Below are positions 17,300 to 26,284 of a DNA stretch of 57,143 bases, piece after piece. Each line of letters opens with the position of its first letter. Position 1 is the stretch's first letter. A model generated the notes under the pieces. It ran no database searches. It saw only the letters and a list, made by a program, of their open reading frames with translations, and was not told the origin of the DNA. The DNA is from Alphaproteobacteria bacterium MarineAlpha3_Bin6. Its GTDB lineage: Bacteria; Pseudomonadota; Alphaproteobacteria; Rhodospirillales; UBA2165. Location: assembly GCA_002938035.1 (NCBI GenBank), contig PTLH01000002.1, positions 1-57,143 on the forward strand, written 5' to 3'. The position numbers and the translations under genes were made by a program.

Positions 17300-17959
17300 T
17301 TACCTACTCTGGGCTGCTTCCTTGTGAAAATCACCTCCAGCACCTCTAATGTAATCTGGCTTATACAACTTCTTAAAAGTGGCAAGTATTAATTCAAAGG
17401 GGACATCTGAAAAAAACCCACGATCCTGTAAATACTCCATATGCTTATTGCCCATTTGGTCAAACTCATGGAACAGGGAATCGTTTTTTCCATCAAATTC
17501 TAGTGGCTTTAGGCCAAACTTATCGCACAATGACAAATTAAAAGCAGGTGTGGCTTTGACCCACTTACCATCAATATAGATGTCGCAATATGAATGCCAT
17601 GCAAAAGTGTCAGTGCCTAATAGAGCTAATAACCTTTCAGTGGCCAAGTGATTTCTAACATCTGCATAACCTGGGCGAGCTGGAATGCCGTATATGCGGC
17701 AGCATGCTGCTAAAAGTGCGGCTTTTGGTACGCACCATCCGCGCTTGGTGACTACAGCATCGCTTGCCCTGTAGCTGGCGGGGTTAGCAATGGGCATATA
17801 TGGGTCGTAACGAATAGTATCTCTAATTGTATAATAAAAATTTAGAACCCTTTGGCGAACCGTTTGAGCTTCTCCCGCATTTTCGTGAGCATAGGAAACG
17901 ACTGCCGGGTGGTTTGAGTCGATATATTTTCCAGGCTCTAAATATTTTTGATCCACCAT
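17300..17959 (-). CDS. transglutaminase-like cysteine peptidase superfamily protein
   Basis: Nucleophile context RGWCVPKAALLAACCR, with downstream His/Asp (WHSYCDIYIDGKW). I prefer ATG 17959 over the ORF-track TTG at 17974. Confidence 0.7.
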   Translation of the reverse strand: MVDQKYLEPGKYIDSNHPAVVSYAHENAGEAQTVRQRVLNFYYTIRDTIRYDPYMPIANPASYRASDAVVTKRGWCVPKAALLAACCRIYGIPARPGYADVRNHLATERLLALLGTDTFAWHSYCDIYIDGKWVKATPAFNLSLCDKFGLKPLEFDGKNDSLFHEFDQMGNKHMEYLQDRGFFSDVPFELILATFKKLYKPDYIRGAGGDFHKEAAQSR

Positions 17960-18218
17960 AACAGGTTGCCGCAATCATATTAGAATGTTCTCAAAGCCGA
18001 TTATAAGCACTTGAAAATCCAGTGTAAAACCTTGGATGAATATAGGTTTATTTATTTATAATTTTGTTGGCTTGCCTTGATCTTGGCAGCATGGCAAAGG
18101 GTAGATCTAGATCACAATTCCCGACTTTTCTAAACCAATTAACCATTCGGAGATTAGAAAATCACATGTCTATGATTGGCGAGAAAGTATCAGGGATCAT
18201 TTTAGAGGATGGCGTTAC

Positions 18219-18845
18219 GTGTTAGACAACCTTTTCGATATCGCCCAGATCGTTTTTGCTGATATTATTATGTCGGGCGATAATGCCCTTATCATCGGCA
18301 TGGCGGCGGCAGGATTACCACCGGAATTGCGCAAGAAAGCGATTTTCTGGGGCATGACAATGGCCGCTGGTTTTCGGGTGCTCTTTGCTGTTATTGCCAG
18401 TTTCTTGATCAGCATTCCCGGGATCTTGTTTGTTGGAGGGTTGATGTTGTCCTGGGTTTGTTGGCGTTTTTTTAAGGAAATACGCAAAAAGAAGGTCGCC
18501 GAAAACTCCGATATAGAAGGCGCAGACGACGGCGAGGCCGAGACGGCAAGATCGCTTTGGGGGGCCCTGCTGACAATCACTATCGCAGATGTCTCGATGT
18601 CCATTGATAATGTCTTTGCGGTGGCGGCAATCGCCCGTGAAAACACCTCATTGCTGGTATTCGGCTTGGTGCTGGCAATTATATTCATGGCCTTTTTTGC
18701 CACGGTGATTATGAAAGTTCTTACACAGCACCCATGGCTTTGCTGGGCTGGTTTGTTGTTTCTGATTTATCTGTCGTTCGAATTACTGTATGATGGTTGG
18801 CCGTCTTTCGCCCCTCTCATCGGTTTGGGAGGCCCGCCTGTATAG
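18219..18845 (+). CDS. TerC/YjbE-family integral membrane protein (putative metal/redox-related transporter)
   Basis: 208 aa. Carries the duplicated TerC-type motif (SGDNALIIGMAA and SIDNVFAVAAIA) and multiple TM helices. GTG start. Confidence 0.75.
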   Translation: MLDNLFDIAQIVFADIIMSGDNALIIGMAAAGLPPELRKKAIFWGMTMAAGFRVLFAVIASFLISIPGILFVGGLMLSWVCWRFFKEIRKKKVAENSDIEGADDGEAETARSLWGALLTITIADVSMSIDNVFAVAAIARENTSLLVFGLVLAIIFMAFFATVIMKVLTQHPWLCWAGLLFLIYLSFELLYDGWPSFAPLIGLGGPPV

Positions 18846-19160
18846 GTTGGTTGAGTGGTTCTAATGCATGCAAACACGCCACCCCTTTCGTCTTTGTGGG
18901 TTCGGTTTGATAAACCGTCTGTGTCGGCAAAAGCCTGCCTTCGCGAAGAGGAAGTCAATGAAATAACGGCTATACCTCAAACCTAATATTTGTAATTTTT
19001 TTGTTTTTTAAAAGGATAGTTGTTGGGCGGGCTAGTGCTGGGTTGTACCCCTCGGGTTATTTAGCTTATACCACAGTTATTACTTATGGTATTGAGAGCT
19101 TAACGCCCTTTTAAACTTGTTTTATTGCATCTGGACTGTTCCCGTGCCGAATTTAGTAAA

Positions 19161-19931
19161 ATGAAAGACAATTCAAAAAACATAGTTTTGGTAACAGGGG
19201 CTGCGGCTAGGATAGGGCAAAGCATAGCACTTAGCCTTTCCGAATTAGGTTGGATTGTAGCGGTTCATTATGGCACATCTGCCGCCGCTGCTAGAGAGAC
19301 TAAGGAAGAGATTATATCGGGAGGTGGTGAAGCAGAAGTATTTCCGGCAGACCTAAGAGATGAATACGCGGTAAAGAAATTGGTAGCAGTAGTTAAGGAA
19401 AACCTTGGCCCAGTAACTTGCCTCATTAATAACGCTTCGGTTTTTGAAAACGACAGCATCGGGTCTGCTACTCGTGAAACGTGGGATGCTCACATGGAAG
19501 TCAACCTTAGGGCGCCATTTGTGCTTAGCCAGGCGTTGGCGAACAACCTAACCGGAACAGAAACTGCAAATATTATTAATATAATCGATCAGCGAGTAAT
19601 TAATCTGACACCGCATTTCTCCTCGTATACAATTAGCAAATCAGCTCTCTGGACATTGACGCAAACATTGGCTAGTGCTTTGGCTCCTAAAATTAGGGTT
19701 AATGCTGTGGGGCCCGGGCCCACTCTCCCTTCCAGTCACCAGAGCGATGGCGACTTCCGGCGTCAGTACAATTCTGTGCCACTAGAACGACCTGTTAATG
19801 TAATGGAAATTTGCTCGGCCGTTAAATTTATCCTTGGGTCACCGTCGATGACAGGTCAGTTGATTACTATTGATGCTGGCCAGCATTTAGGATGGGCTCA
19901 ACCTGGCCAGCAGATTTCTGATGAAGAGTGA
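19161..19931 (+). CDS. SDR-family oxidoreductase, pteridine reductase / FolM-like
   Basis: VTGAAARIG, NNASVF, YTISKSAL (YxxxK). Lies immediately upstream of folB. ATG 19161 is preferred over TTG 19125. Confidence 0.7.
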   Translation: MKDNSKNIVLVTGAAARIGQSIALSLSELGWIVAVHYGTSAAAARETKEEIISGGGEAEVFPADLRDEYAVKKLVAVVKENLGPVTCLINNASVFENDSIGSATRETWDAHMEVNLRAPFVLSQALANNLTGTETANIINIIDQRVINLTPHFSSYTISKSALWTLTQTLASALAPKIRVNAVGPGPTLPSSHQSDGDFRRQYNSVPLERPVNVMEICSAVKFILGSPSMTGQLITIDAGQHLGWAQPGQQISDEE

Positions 19932-19972
19932 TCATTCTTGCTCGAAAAACATGCCCATGGAGTTGAGTTCAA

Positions 19973-20398
19973 ATGAATACTTCTAATTCAAATGTCGTTC
20001 ACGCTTTTAGGATTGCTGATGCAGCAAAAGAAGTTCGGCATGTATTTATACGCGATTTAATACTCACATGCCTTATAGGTGTTCATAAGCATGAGCGAAA
20101 GAAACCACAGCGTATCCGCGTAAATCTTGATCTCGCCGTGACTGAACAGTCAGTTATTTCAACCGACCGGCTCGCTGACGTAGTGTGCTACGAGGATGTA
20201 GCCGACGGAATTCGTTCGATTGTTAACAATGGTCACGTTAATTTAGTTGAGACCCTCGCTGAAAAAATTGCCAGTAAGTGCTTAGAAGATAGGCGAATCA
20301 AGGCGACGCGTGTCAGAATAGAAAAACTTGACGTGTTTAAAGATGCAGCGAGCGCTGGTGTTGAAATTGAAAGATTTAGTTCTCTTGAAAGTATTTAA
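19973..20398 (+). CDS. folB: dihydroneopterin aldolase
   Basis: 141 aa. FolB-type core LTCLIGVHKHERKKPQRIRVNLDL ... YEDVADGI ... LVETLAEKIA. Confidence 0.8.
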   Translation: MNTSNSNVVHAFRIADAAKEVRHVFIRDLILTCLIGVHKHERKKPQRIRVNLDLAVTEQSVISTDRLADVVCYEDVADGIRSIVNNGHVNLVETLAEKIASKCLEDRRIKATRVRIEKLDVFKDAASAGVEIERFSSLESI

Positions 20399-20787
20399 CT
20401 TTGTTGATTAAATTAAATGCGGCAACCTATTGCTATTACGACATTTATTCTGCCAGCAGTAGTTTTACACAGGTTTGTCAGCTTACATTAATCATAGATT
20501 TTCCTTAGTTAAAACATGATAGTAGCTACATGTCGATAACAAATATAATAAATATACTTATATATCAGTTAGTTAGGACGAACGTTGGAGTATATCTACA
20601 TAATTTTCACGGGTATTCAATCTTCATTTGAACTTTGACTGAGTTTGAGTTTTCAACAAAGTTATTCACAGTCTTAATTGATAGCTAAGGTATTAAAATT
20701 TCTATCTTTTGACCTAAAAATTAAGGTGATTACCTATTGTACACTAAAGTCATTTTACGTCTAATGTGAATCAAAAAGGTCACCGTT

Positions 20788-22674
20788 TTGTCAGAATACC
20801 AACAAGAAAAATCATCCGGAAGCTTGGGCGTGGCAGTTATAAAGGAGTGCCTGAAGGCTTTGCCCACATGCCCCGGGGTTTATCGCATGATAAATCATGA
20901 TCATGATGTTCTTTATGTAGGTAAGGCCAAGAACCTTAAAAAACGGGTTTCCAGTTATACTAACTTACAACGTCAGACCCTTCGCATTAGGCGGATGGTT
21001 GGCCAGACCCAATACATGGAATTTATAGCCACACATACGGAAGGTGAGGCCCTGTTATTGGAAGCAAATTTGATAAAAAAATATTCTCCTCGCTATAACA
21101 TTTTGCTGAGGGATGACAAAAGTTTCCCCTACATTCTTATTACTGGTGATCACGACTTTCCCCAGATATTAAAGTATAGGGGGTCACAAAAAAGGAAGGG
21201 GGAATTTTATGGTCCCTTTGCTTCGGTCAATTCAGTTAATCAAACATTGGCAATTCTTGAGCACGCTTTCTTGTTGCGCTCATGTAAGGATTCCGTATTT
21301 TCTTCTCGCACCCGTCCGTGTCTTCTCTATCAAATTAAACGATGTTCGGCGCCTTGTGTTGGCTTAATCAGCAAGAAATCTTACGCAAATTTAGTGGCTC
21401 AGGCGCGCGTATTTCTATCTGGCCAGTCTCAGAAAATACAAAAACAAATGGCCGAAGAAATGCAGGAATTGAGCAATAAACTCCAATTTGAACGAGCTTC
21501 TGTCCTTAGAGATCGCATCCGTGCCCTTACTAAAATTCAGTCTCGGCATGACATCAATGCGCCGGGTATAGAAGAAGCGGATATTGTTGCGGTACATCAA
21601 ACAGCAGGACGCGCGTGTGTGCAGGTATTTATTCTGAGGTCGGGGACTAACTATGGAAATCGTGCTTATTTTCCTAGCCATACTAATGGTGCGAGCTACG
21701 AACAAATCATTAATGCGTTCCTGGGTCAGTTTTACACAAATAAAGTCCCACCGTGCTTAATCCTTCTCAGTCACAACGCAACTGAACTGAAGGCCATGGA
21801 GGGAGCTCTATCTGGGCGTGCAGGTAAAAAGGTTCGACTACAGGTTCCAATCCGTGGGTCTAAATACAATCTTGTGAAACTTGCCCGAGAAAATGCAAAA
21901 TTAGCAATTAGACGTCGATTATCGGAATCTTCTTCTCAAAGGGAGTTGCTAGAAAAATTATCCGAATGCCTGGCTTTAGATCAGGTTCCTGAACGGATCG
22001 AAGTATTTGATAATTCTCATATATCAGGGACAAATGCAGTCGGTGCTATGATTGTATGTGGACCAGACGGGTTTTTGAAAAAGGCCTATAGAAAGTTCAA
22101 CATTAGAAGCGTTGGAAAGGAAGCGGACAATTCCCCTGGCGATGATTATGCTATGATGACCGAGGTGATGACACGTCGCTTTTTGAGAGCTCAAGACGAA
22201 GATCCCGACCATTCTAAGGGTCAATGGCCAGATTTGGTGCTGATAGATGGTGGTGCTGGCCACTTGAGTGCAACGATGGCGGTGTTTAAAAGCTTGGGGA
22301 TTCCAAGTTTAAGCGTGGCTGCAATTGCCAAAGGACAAAAACGGAATGCAGGGCGGGAAAAGATTTTTTTACCTGGTCGTCCATCATTTACCTTGGACAG
22401 CCATGATCCAGTCTTGTACTTTGTTCAAAGGCTTAGGGATGAAGCTCATCGTTTTGCAATTGGGACACATCGGTCGAGACGGTCAAGTAGTTTGGTACGT
22501 TCAGCGCTTGACGAAATTCAAGGGGTTGGTGCAGTCCGCAAGCGGGCGCTGCTTCATCATTTTGGTTCAGCGCGTGAAATATCTCAGGCGGGTCTGAACG
22601 ATTTAGAGGCAGTCGAGGGGATAAGCAAGTTTATTGCCTCGCGTATTTACGATTGGTTTCATCCCGAGGATTAG
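20788..22674 (+). CDS. uvrC: excinuclease ABC subunit C
   Basis: 628 aa. GIY-YIG domain (PGVYRMINHDHDVLYVGKAKNLKKRV), UVR domain, RNase H-like endonuclease domain and C-terminal (HhH)2. A TTG start is required, because the next in-frame ATG lies inside GIY-YIG. Confidence 0.95.
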   Translation: MSEYQQEKSSGSLGVAVIKECLKALPTCPGVYRMINHDHDVLYVGKAKNLKKRVSSYTNLQRQTLRIRRMVGQTQYMEFIATHTEGEALLLEANLIKKYSPRYNILLRDDKSFPYILITGDHDFPQILKYRGSQKRKGEFYGPFASVNSVNQTLAILEHAFLLRSCKDSVFSSRTRPCLLYQIKRCSAPCVGLISKKSYANLVAQARVFLSGQSQKIQKQMAEEMQELSNKLQFERASVLRDRIRALTKIQSRHDINAPGIEEADIVAVHQTAGRACVQVFILRSGTNYGNRAYFPSHTNGASYEQIINAFLGQFYTNKVPPCLILLSHNATELKAMEGALSGRAGKKVRLQVPIRGSKYNLVKLARENAKLAIRRRLSESSSQRELLEKLSECLALDQVPERIEVFDNSHISGTNAVGAMIVCGPDGFLKKAYRKFNIRSVGKEADNSPGDDYAMMTEVMTRRFLRAQDEDPDHSKGQWPDLVLIDGGAGHLSATMAVFKSLGIPSLSVAAIAKGQKRNAGREKIFLPGRPSFTLDSHDPVLYFVQRLRDEAHRFAIGTHRSRRSSSLVRSALDEIQGVGAVRKRALLHHFGSAREISQAGLNDLEAVEGISKFIASRIYDWFHPED

Positions 22675-22698
22675 AAGCAAAGCTTGGAATGTAGGCGA

Positions 22699-23322
22699 AT
22701 GTTGACCAGTTTTCCTAATATGCTGACACTGTCCAGGATTGGGGCAATACCATTGATCATTGCGACATTTTATATTGAGTCCCACCTTGGCAATTGGATT
22801 GGGTTGGCAGTACTTGTATATGCTGGTGCAACGGATTTTTTTGATGGTTTTGTGGCTCGCGTCATGGCCCAACAATCGGCCCTTGGAAAATTTTTGGACC
22901 CGATTGCAGATAAGCTTTTGGTAGGTTCTTTACTCGTGATGCTGGTTGCCTTTGATCGTATCCCCGGGATCGCTGTTTTACCTGCTATTGTTATTCTTTG
23001 TAGAGAAATTTTAGTTTCCGGTCTTCGGGAATTTCTTGCTGGAGTGAAAATTAGTATGCCCGTTAGCCGACTTTCACAATGGAAGACTGGGCTACAGATG
23101 ACCGTGTTGGGAATTTTGTTGGTTGGTCCGGCGGGGCCAATGTTTGGAAGGTTTTCCACCACCGAAATTGGTGTGGCAGGTCTTTGGATAGCGGCACTTT
23201 TAACGCTAATAACGGGTTATGATTATTTGCGGGCGGGATTACGCTATGTCGAAGTAATTGATGCGGATGCATTAGTATCAAAGCCGGAGGCAGCGAAACC
23301 AACCTCTGATGATATAGGATAA
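22699..23322 (+). CDS. pgsA: CDP-diacylglycerol--glycerol-3-phosphate 3-phosphatidyltransferase
   Basis: CDP-alcohol phosphotransferase motif DFFDGFVARVMAQQSALGKFLDPIADK. ATG 22699 preferred. Confidence 0.85.
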   Translation: MLTSFPNMLTLSRIGAIPLIIATFYIESHLGNWIGLAVLVYAGATDFFDGFVARVMAQQSALGKFLDPIADKLLVGSLLVMLVAFDRIPGIAVLPAIVILCREILVSGLREFLAGVKISMPVSRLSQWKTGLQMTVLGILLVGPAGPMFGRFSTTEIGVAGLWIAALLTLITGYDYLRAGLRYVEVIDADALVSKPEAAKPTSDDIG

Positions 23323-23333
23323 GAATGTAATTC

Positions 23334-23846
23334 ATGAAAGTTTTTGGGTTAGCAGGTTGGAGCGGTAGTGGTAAAACAACCGTAATGGTTAACCTCCTGC
23401 CTGAACTTATTCAACGGGGTTTTAGTGTTTCAACCGTCAAGCACGCCCATCACAAATTTGATATTGATAGGCCAGGGAAAGACTCATACGAACACCGCAG
23501 AGCTGGGGCAACCGAGGTTATGATCAGCTCTATCAACCGCTGGGCTTTAATGCATGAACTGAGTGACAACAACGATTTACCGCTTACTGAATTAATGGAG
23601 CATATGTCGCCTGTCGATTTGTTAATTGTAGAAGGTTTTAAGTGGGAGCCACATCCAAAACTAGAGATCCATCGCCCTTCACTTGGTAAGCCTCTATTGC
23701 AGCCAGACGATAGGAATATTGTTGCAGTGGCAAGTGATAAGAAGCTTCATAGTCTTGACGTGCCAGTTTTGCCACTCAGTAATATATTAGGCATTGCAGA
23801 CTTTATCGTTGATGCTCTGAGTTTAAAACCCTCGTGTGCGGAGTGA
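23334..23846 (+). CDS. mobB: molybdopterin-guanine dinucleotide biosynthesis protein B
   Basis: 170 aa. P-loop GWSGSGKTT and VSTVKHAHHKFDIDRPGKDS. Confidence 0.85.
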   Translation: MKVFGLAGWSGSGKTTVMVNLLPELIQRGFSVSTVKHAHHKFDIDRPGKDSYEHRRAGATEVMISSINRWALMHELSDNNDLPLTELMEHMSPVDLLIVEGFKWEPHPKLEIHRPSLGKPLLQPDDRNIVAVASDKKLHSLDVPVLPLSNILGIADFIVDALSLKPSCAE

Positions 23847-23849
23847 GCT

Positions 23850-25130
23850 ATGAACAATCTCAATGATTGTTTTGCCTCGGTAAGTGGTAGATTGACTATG
23901 GCAGAGGCGGTGGGTCGTTTCGTGAACGGTATTTTACCGGTTGTTGGAAAGGAAAATATACCTCTCGCAAAGGCTCCAGGTCGTATTCTTTCCGCAGATC
24001 TTACCGCTAGAATTACTGTACCGCCGCGCGATAATTCTGCTGTGGATGGGTACTTGGTGTATTTTGATGACTTAGCCGCTGATACTGCCACGACCTTGCC
24101 TTTGACAGGTCGCATTTCTGCTGGTCATTCCTTGTCGAGGCTTGCTCGAAAAGGGGAGGCTCTCAGTATTTTCACTGGTGCTCAAATTCCGTTAGGAGAG
24201 GACGGAGATAATCCAGACACCATCTTTATGCTTGAAGATGGAACTCGGGAAGGAAACAGCGTTTCGCTGCCCAGCGGGCAAGAGAGAGGTGCCAATCTCC
24301 GCAAAGCAGGCGAAGATGTTATGACGGGTGATGTGGTGCTCAAAGAAGGGCGGCGATTGCGCCCGCAGGATATAGGTATGGCTGCAGCGCTTGGGTGTGC
24401 AAAAATCAGCGTAAGAAAACGACTCAAAGTTGCGATTTTTTCAACTGGTGACGAAATTTGTGACCCCGGAAAGAGATTAAAAAATTCCACAATATACGAT
24501 ATCAATCGATATACCCTGCTGTCTTTGCTCCAAAACCTTGGTTGTAAAATCACTGATATTGGAATTCTTCCTGATAATCTCGGTGATATCCGCCAGGGAC
24601 TCATTGAAGCGGCAAAGAACAACGATTTGCTGATCACCTCTGGAGGAGTTTCGAAGGGGGAAGAGGATCATGTGCGTCCTGCTGTTGAGAGTTTGGGTGC
24701 GTTACATACCTGGAATCTTTTAATCAAGCCTGGGCGGCCAATTGCTCTGGGGCACGTCTTGGATGGTGGACGACAGGTTCCATTAGTCGGCTTGCCAGGA
24801 AATCCGGTAGCAGTTTTGGTAACTTTTATACGCATTGCTCGACCAATTATTCTTTTACTTGCAGGTTCAACACAGATCGAACCGACAACCTATAGTGTTC
24901 CCTCCGGTTTTAGTTTTGAGAAGAAACCTGGGCGGAGAGAGTGGTTACGAGTTCGCCTTCAACGTGATCGCAATAGCGTTCTGAATGCGATAAAGTATCC
25001 TTTGGATGGTTCCGGTATTCTGACGTCTATGGTCGCTTCAGATGGATTGGCGGAGCTGAGTGAGGAGACCACACAGGTTTCAGAGGGGGATATGATCGAT
25101 TATTTGCCATTTAGCGAGTTAATGAGATGA
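23850..25130 (+). CDS. moeA: molybdopterin molybdotransferase
   Basis: 426 aa with the MoeA/gephyrin-E layout (SAVDGY, TGDE, TSGGVSKGEEDH, GLPGNPVA). Confidence 0.9.
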   Translation: MNNLNDCFASVSGRLTMAEAVGRFVNGILPVVGKENIPLAKAPGRILSADLTARITVPPRDNSAVDGYLVYFDDLAADTATTLPLTGRISAGHSLSRLARKGEALSIFTGAQIPLGEDGDNPDTIFMLEDGTREGNSVSLPSGQERGANLRKAGEDVMTGDVVLKEGRRLRPQDIGMAAALGCAKISVRKRLKVAIFSTGDEICDPGKRLKNSTIYDINRYTLLSLLQNLGCKITDIGILPDNLGDIRQGLIEAAKNNDLLITSGGVSKGEEDHVRPAVESLGALHTWNLLIKPGRPIALGHVLDGGRQVPLVGLPGNPVAVLVTFIRIARPIILLLAGSTQIEPTTYSVPSGFSFEKKPGRREWLRVRLQRDRNSVLNAIKYPLDGSGILTSMVASDGLAELSEETTQVSEGDMIDYLPFSELMR

Positions 25131-25384
25131 AAATACTCTACTTTGCTTGGGTTAGAGATAAGATAGGTCTTGATTCGGAAGAATTTGACTTACCGTCAGA
25201 AATTGTGACAGCAGGAGAATTTATAGAGTGGTTCAAAACACGCGGCGATACTTATGCGGAGGTAATAGGCGCTTCTGATACCGTAAAAATGGCGATTAAC
25301 CAGGAATATGCGGGACCGGAGAATGCTATAAGTAACGAAGATGAAGTGGCCCTGTTTCCGCCGGTGACTGGAGGTAAATATTGA
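25127..25384 (+). CDS. moaD: molybdopterin synthase sulfur-carrier subunit
   Basis: 85 aa, ubiquitin-like, ending PPVTGG-KY. ATGA overlap with moeA and overlap with the moaE start. Confidence 0.8.
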   Translation: MKILYFAWVRDKIGLDSEEFDLPSEIVTAGEFIEWFKTRGDTYAEVIGASDTVKMAINQEYAGPENAISNEDEVALFPPVTGGKY

Positions 25385-25830
25385 TCATAGTCCAACGAGA
25401 GGATTTTGAGGTCGGTATAGAGCTAAAACGCCTGACAGAGGGTAACAATGAGATCGGAGGGGTGTGCAGCTTCATCGGTCTTGTACGAGATTCTCCCGAA
25501 AAGGAATCGCTCGAAGCCATGACCCTACAACATTACCCTGGGATGACGGAAAAGGAACTAAACAGGATAGATGATGAAGCCCACAGCCGTTGGCCACTTG
25601 AAGCAAGTTTGATAATCCATCGGTATGGTCGGCTTCAACCGGGAGAGCAAATAGTCTTGGTTGCGACGGCTTCTGCGCATCGTAAAGCGGCCTTTGAAGG
25701 CTGCGAATTTTTGATCGATTTTTTGAAGACCCGCGCACCGTTTTGGAAGAAAGAAGATTACGGGTTGGTGACAGAATGGGTGGGGTCGCTTGAGGCTGAC
25801 AATCGAGCAACAGAAAAATGGTATGAATAA
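25381..25830 (+). CDS. moaE: molybdopterin synthase catalytic subunit
   Basis: 149 aa. MoaE core GGVCSFIGLVRD ... LEAMTLQHYPGM ... APFWKKE. TTG start, with the moaD Gly-Gly codons (GGAGGT) acting as the SD. Confidence 0.85.
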   Translation: MIIVQREDFEVGIELKRLTEGNNEIGGVCSFIGLVRDSPEKESLEAMTLQHYPGMTEKELNRIDDEAHSRWPLEASLIIHRYGRLQPGEQIVLVATASAHRKAAFEGCEFLIDFLKTRAPFWKKEDYGLVTEWVGSLEADNRATEKWYE

Positions 25831-25867
25831 AAACCAATCTAATTTAACTTAGTGCCAATTCTATTCG

Positions 25868-26209
25868 TCAGATTACAACTTCATCAAGTTTAAATAGTCC
25901 TTTCATATCTTCAACTTCAATAACCCAAATATCGGGATCAATTTGTTTTTGCTTTGCGATGTATGTGTCGGCTTCGGACTCTAAAACAGGCACTCCGTTA
26001 GTGGACCAGGTTTGCCATGCAGGTTCACCGTTTGGTCTCACGATTTGTGAGAAAACCTTGCACCTACCATCAAGTAGATTAATTTTAATGATAACCACTC
26101 CGGCATCGAGGTCGCCTTTCTCTAAAATGTAGATAGGCAGATTATTACGTTCACAGTAACGTTGTTGGATCTGCACCCAAATATAGGTTTTTAGGCGGTG
26201 TGCCCGCAT
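25868..26209 (-). CDS. DUF1491 family protein
   Basis: 113 aa. The pattern LKTYIWVQIQQRYC ... GDLDAGVVIIKINLLDG resembles the alphaproteobacterial DUF1491 family as I recall it. Confidence 0.55.
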   Translation of the reverse strand: MRAHRLKTYIWVQIQQRYCERNNLPIYILEKGDLDAGVVIIKINLLDGRCKVFSQIVRPNGEPAWQTWSTNGVPVLESEADTYIAKQKQIDPDIWVIEVEDMKGLFKLDEVVI

Positions 26210-26284
26210 GATTTTAAGTTCGATACTGACGTCACAACTCCGGCGTTTGAAAATAACTAGGAACTGGTTTCGAATATAAAAAGT

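Noticed and set aside
17975-18218. Possible yybP-ykoY (manganese) riboswitch upstream of the TerC-family gene
   Set aside because: I looked for the conserved GGGGAGUAG / UUGACA-type cores and the four-helix layout. I found only a vague AAAGGGTAG match, which is not supportable from sequence.
18215-18703. 162-aa ORF antisense to the TerC/YjbE-family gene, representative of the many shadow ORFs in the track (for example 129..344, 3297..3704, 8466..8702, 10232..10624, 22770..23162, 55199..55630)
   Set aside because: These lie entirely within, and opposite or out of frame to, CDSs that have strong family motifs. Their translations are low-complexity or Ser/Arg/Pro-rich with no recognisable domains.
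20575-20595. SOS (LexA) box upstream of uvrC
   Set aside because: There is a single GAAC half-site with no second GAAC/GTTC at N7 spacing, and no CTGT-N8-ACAG-type box either.
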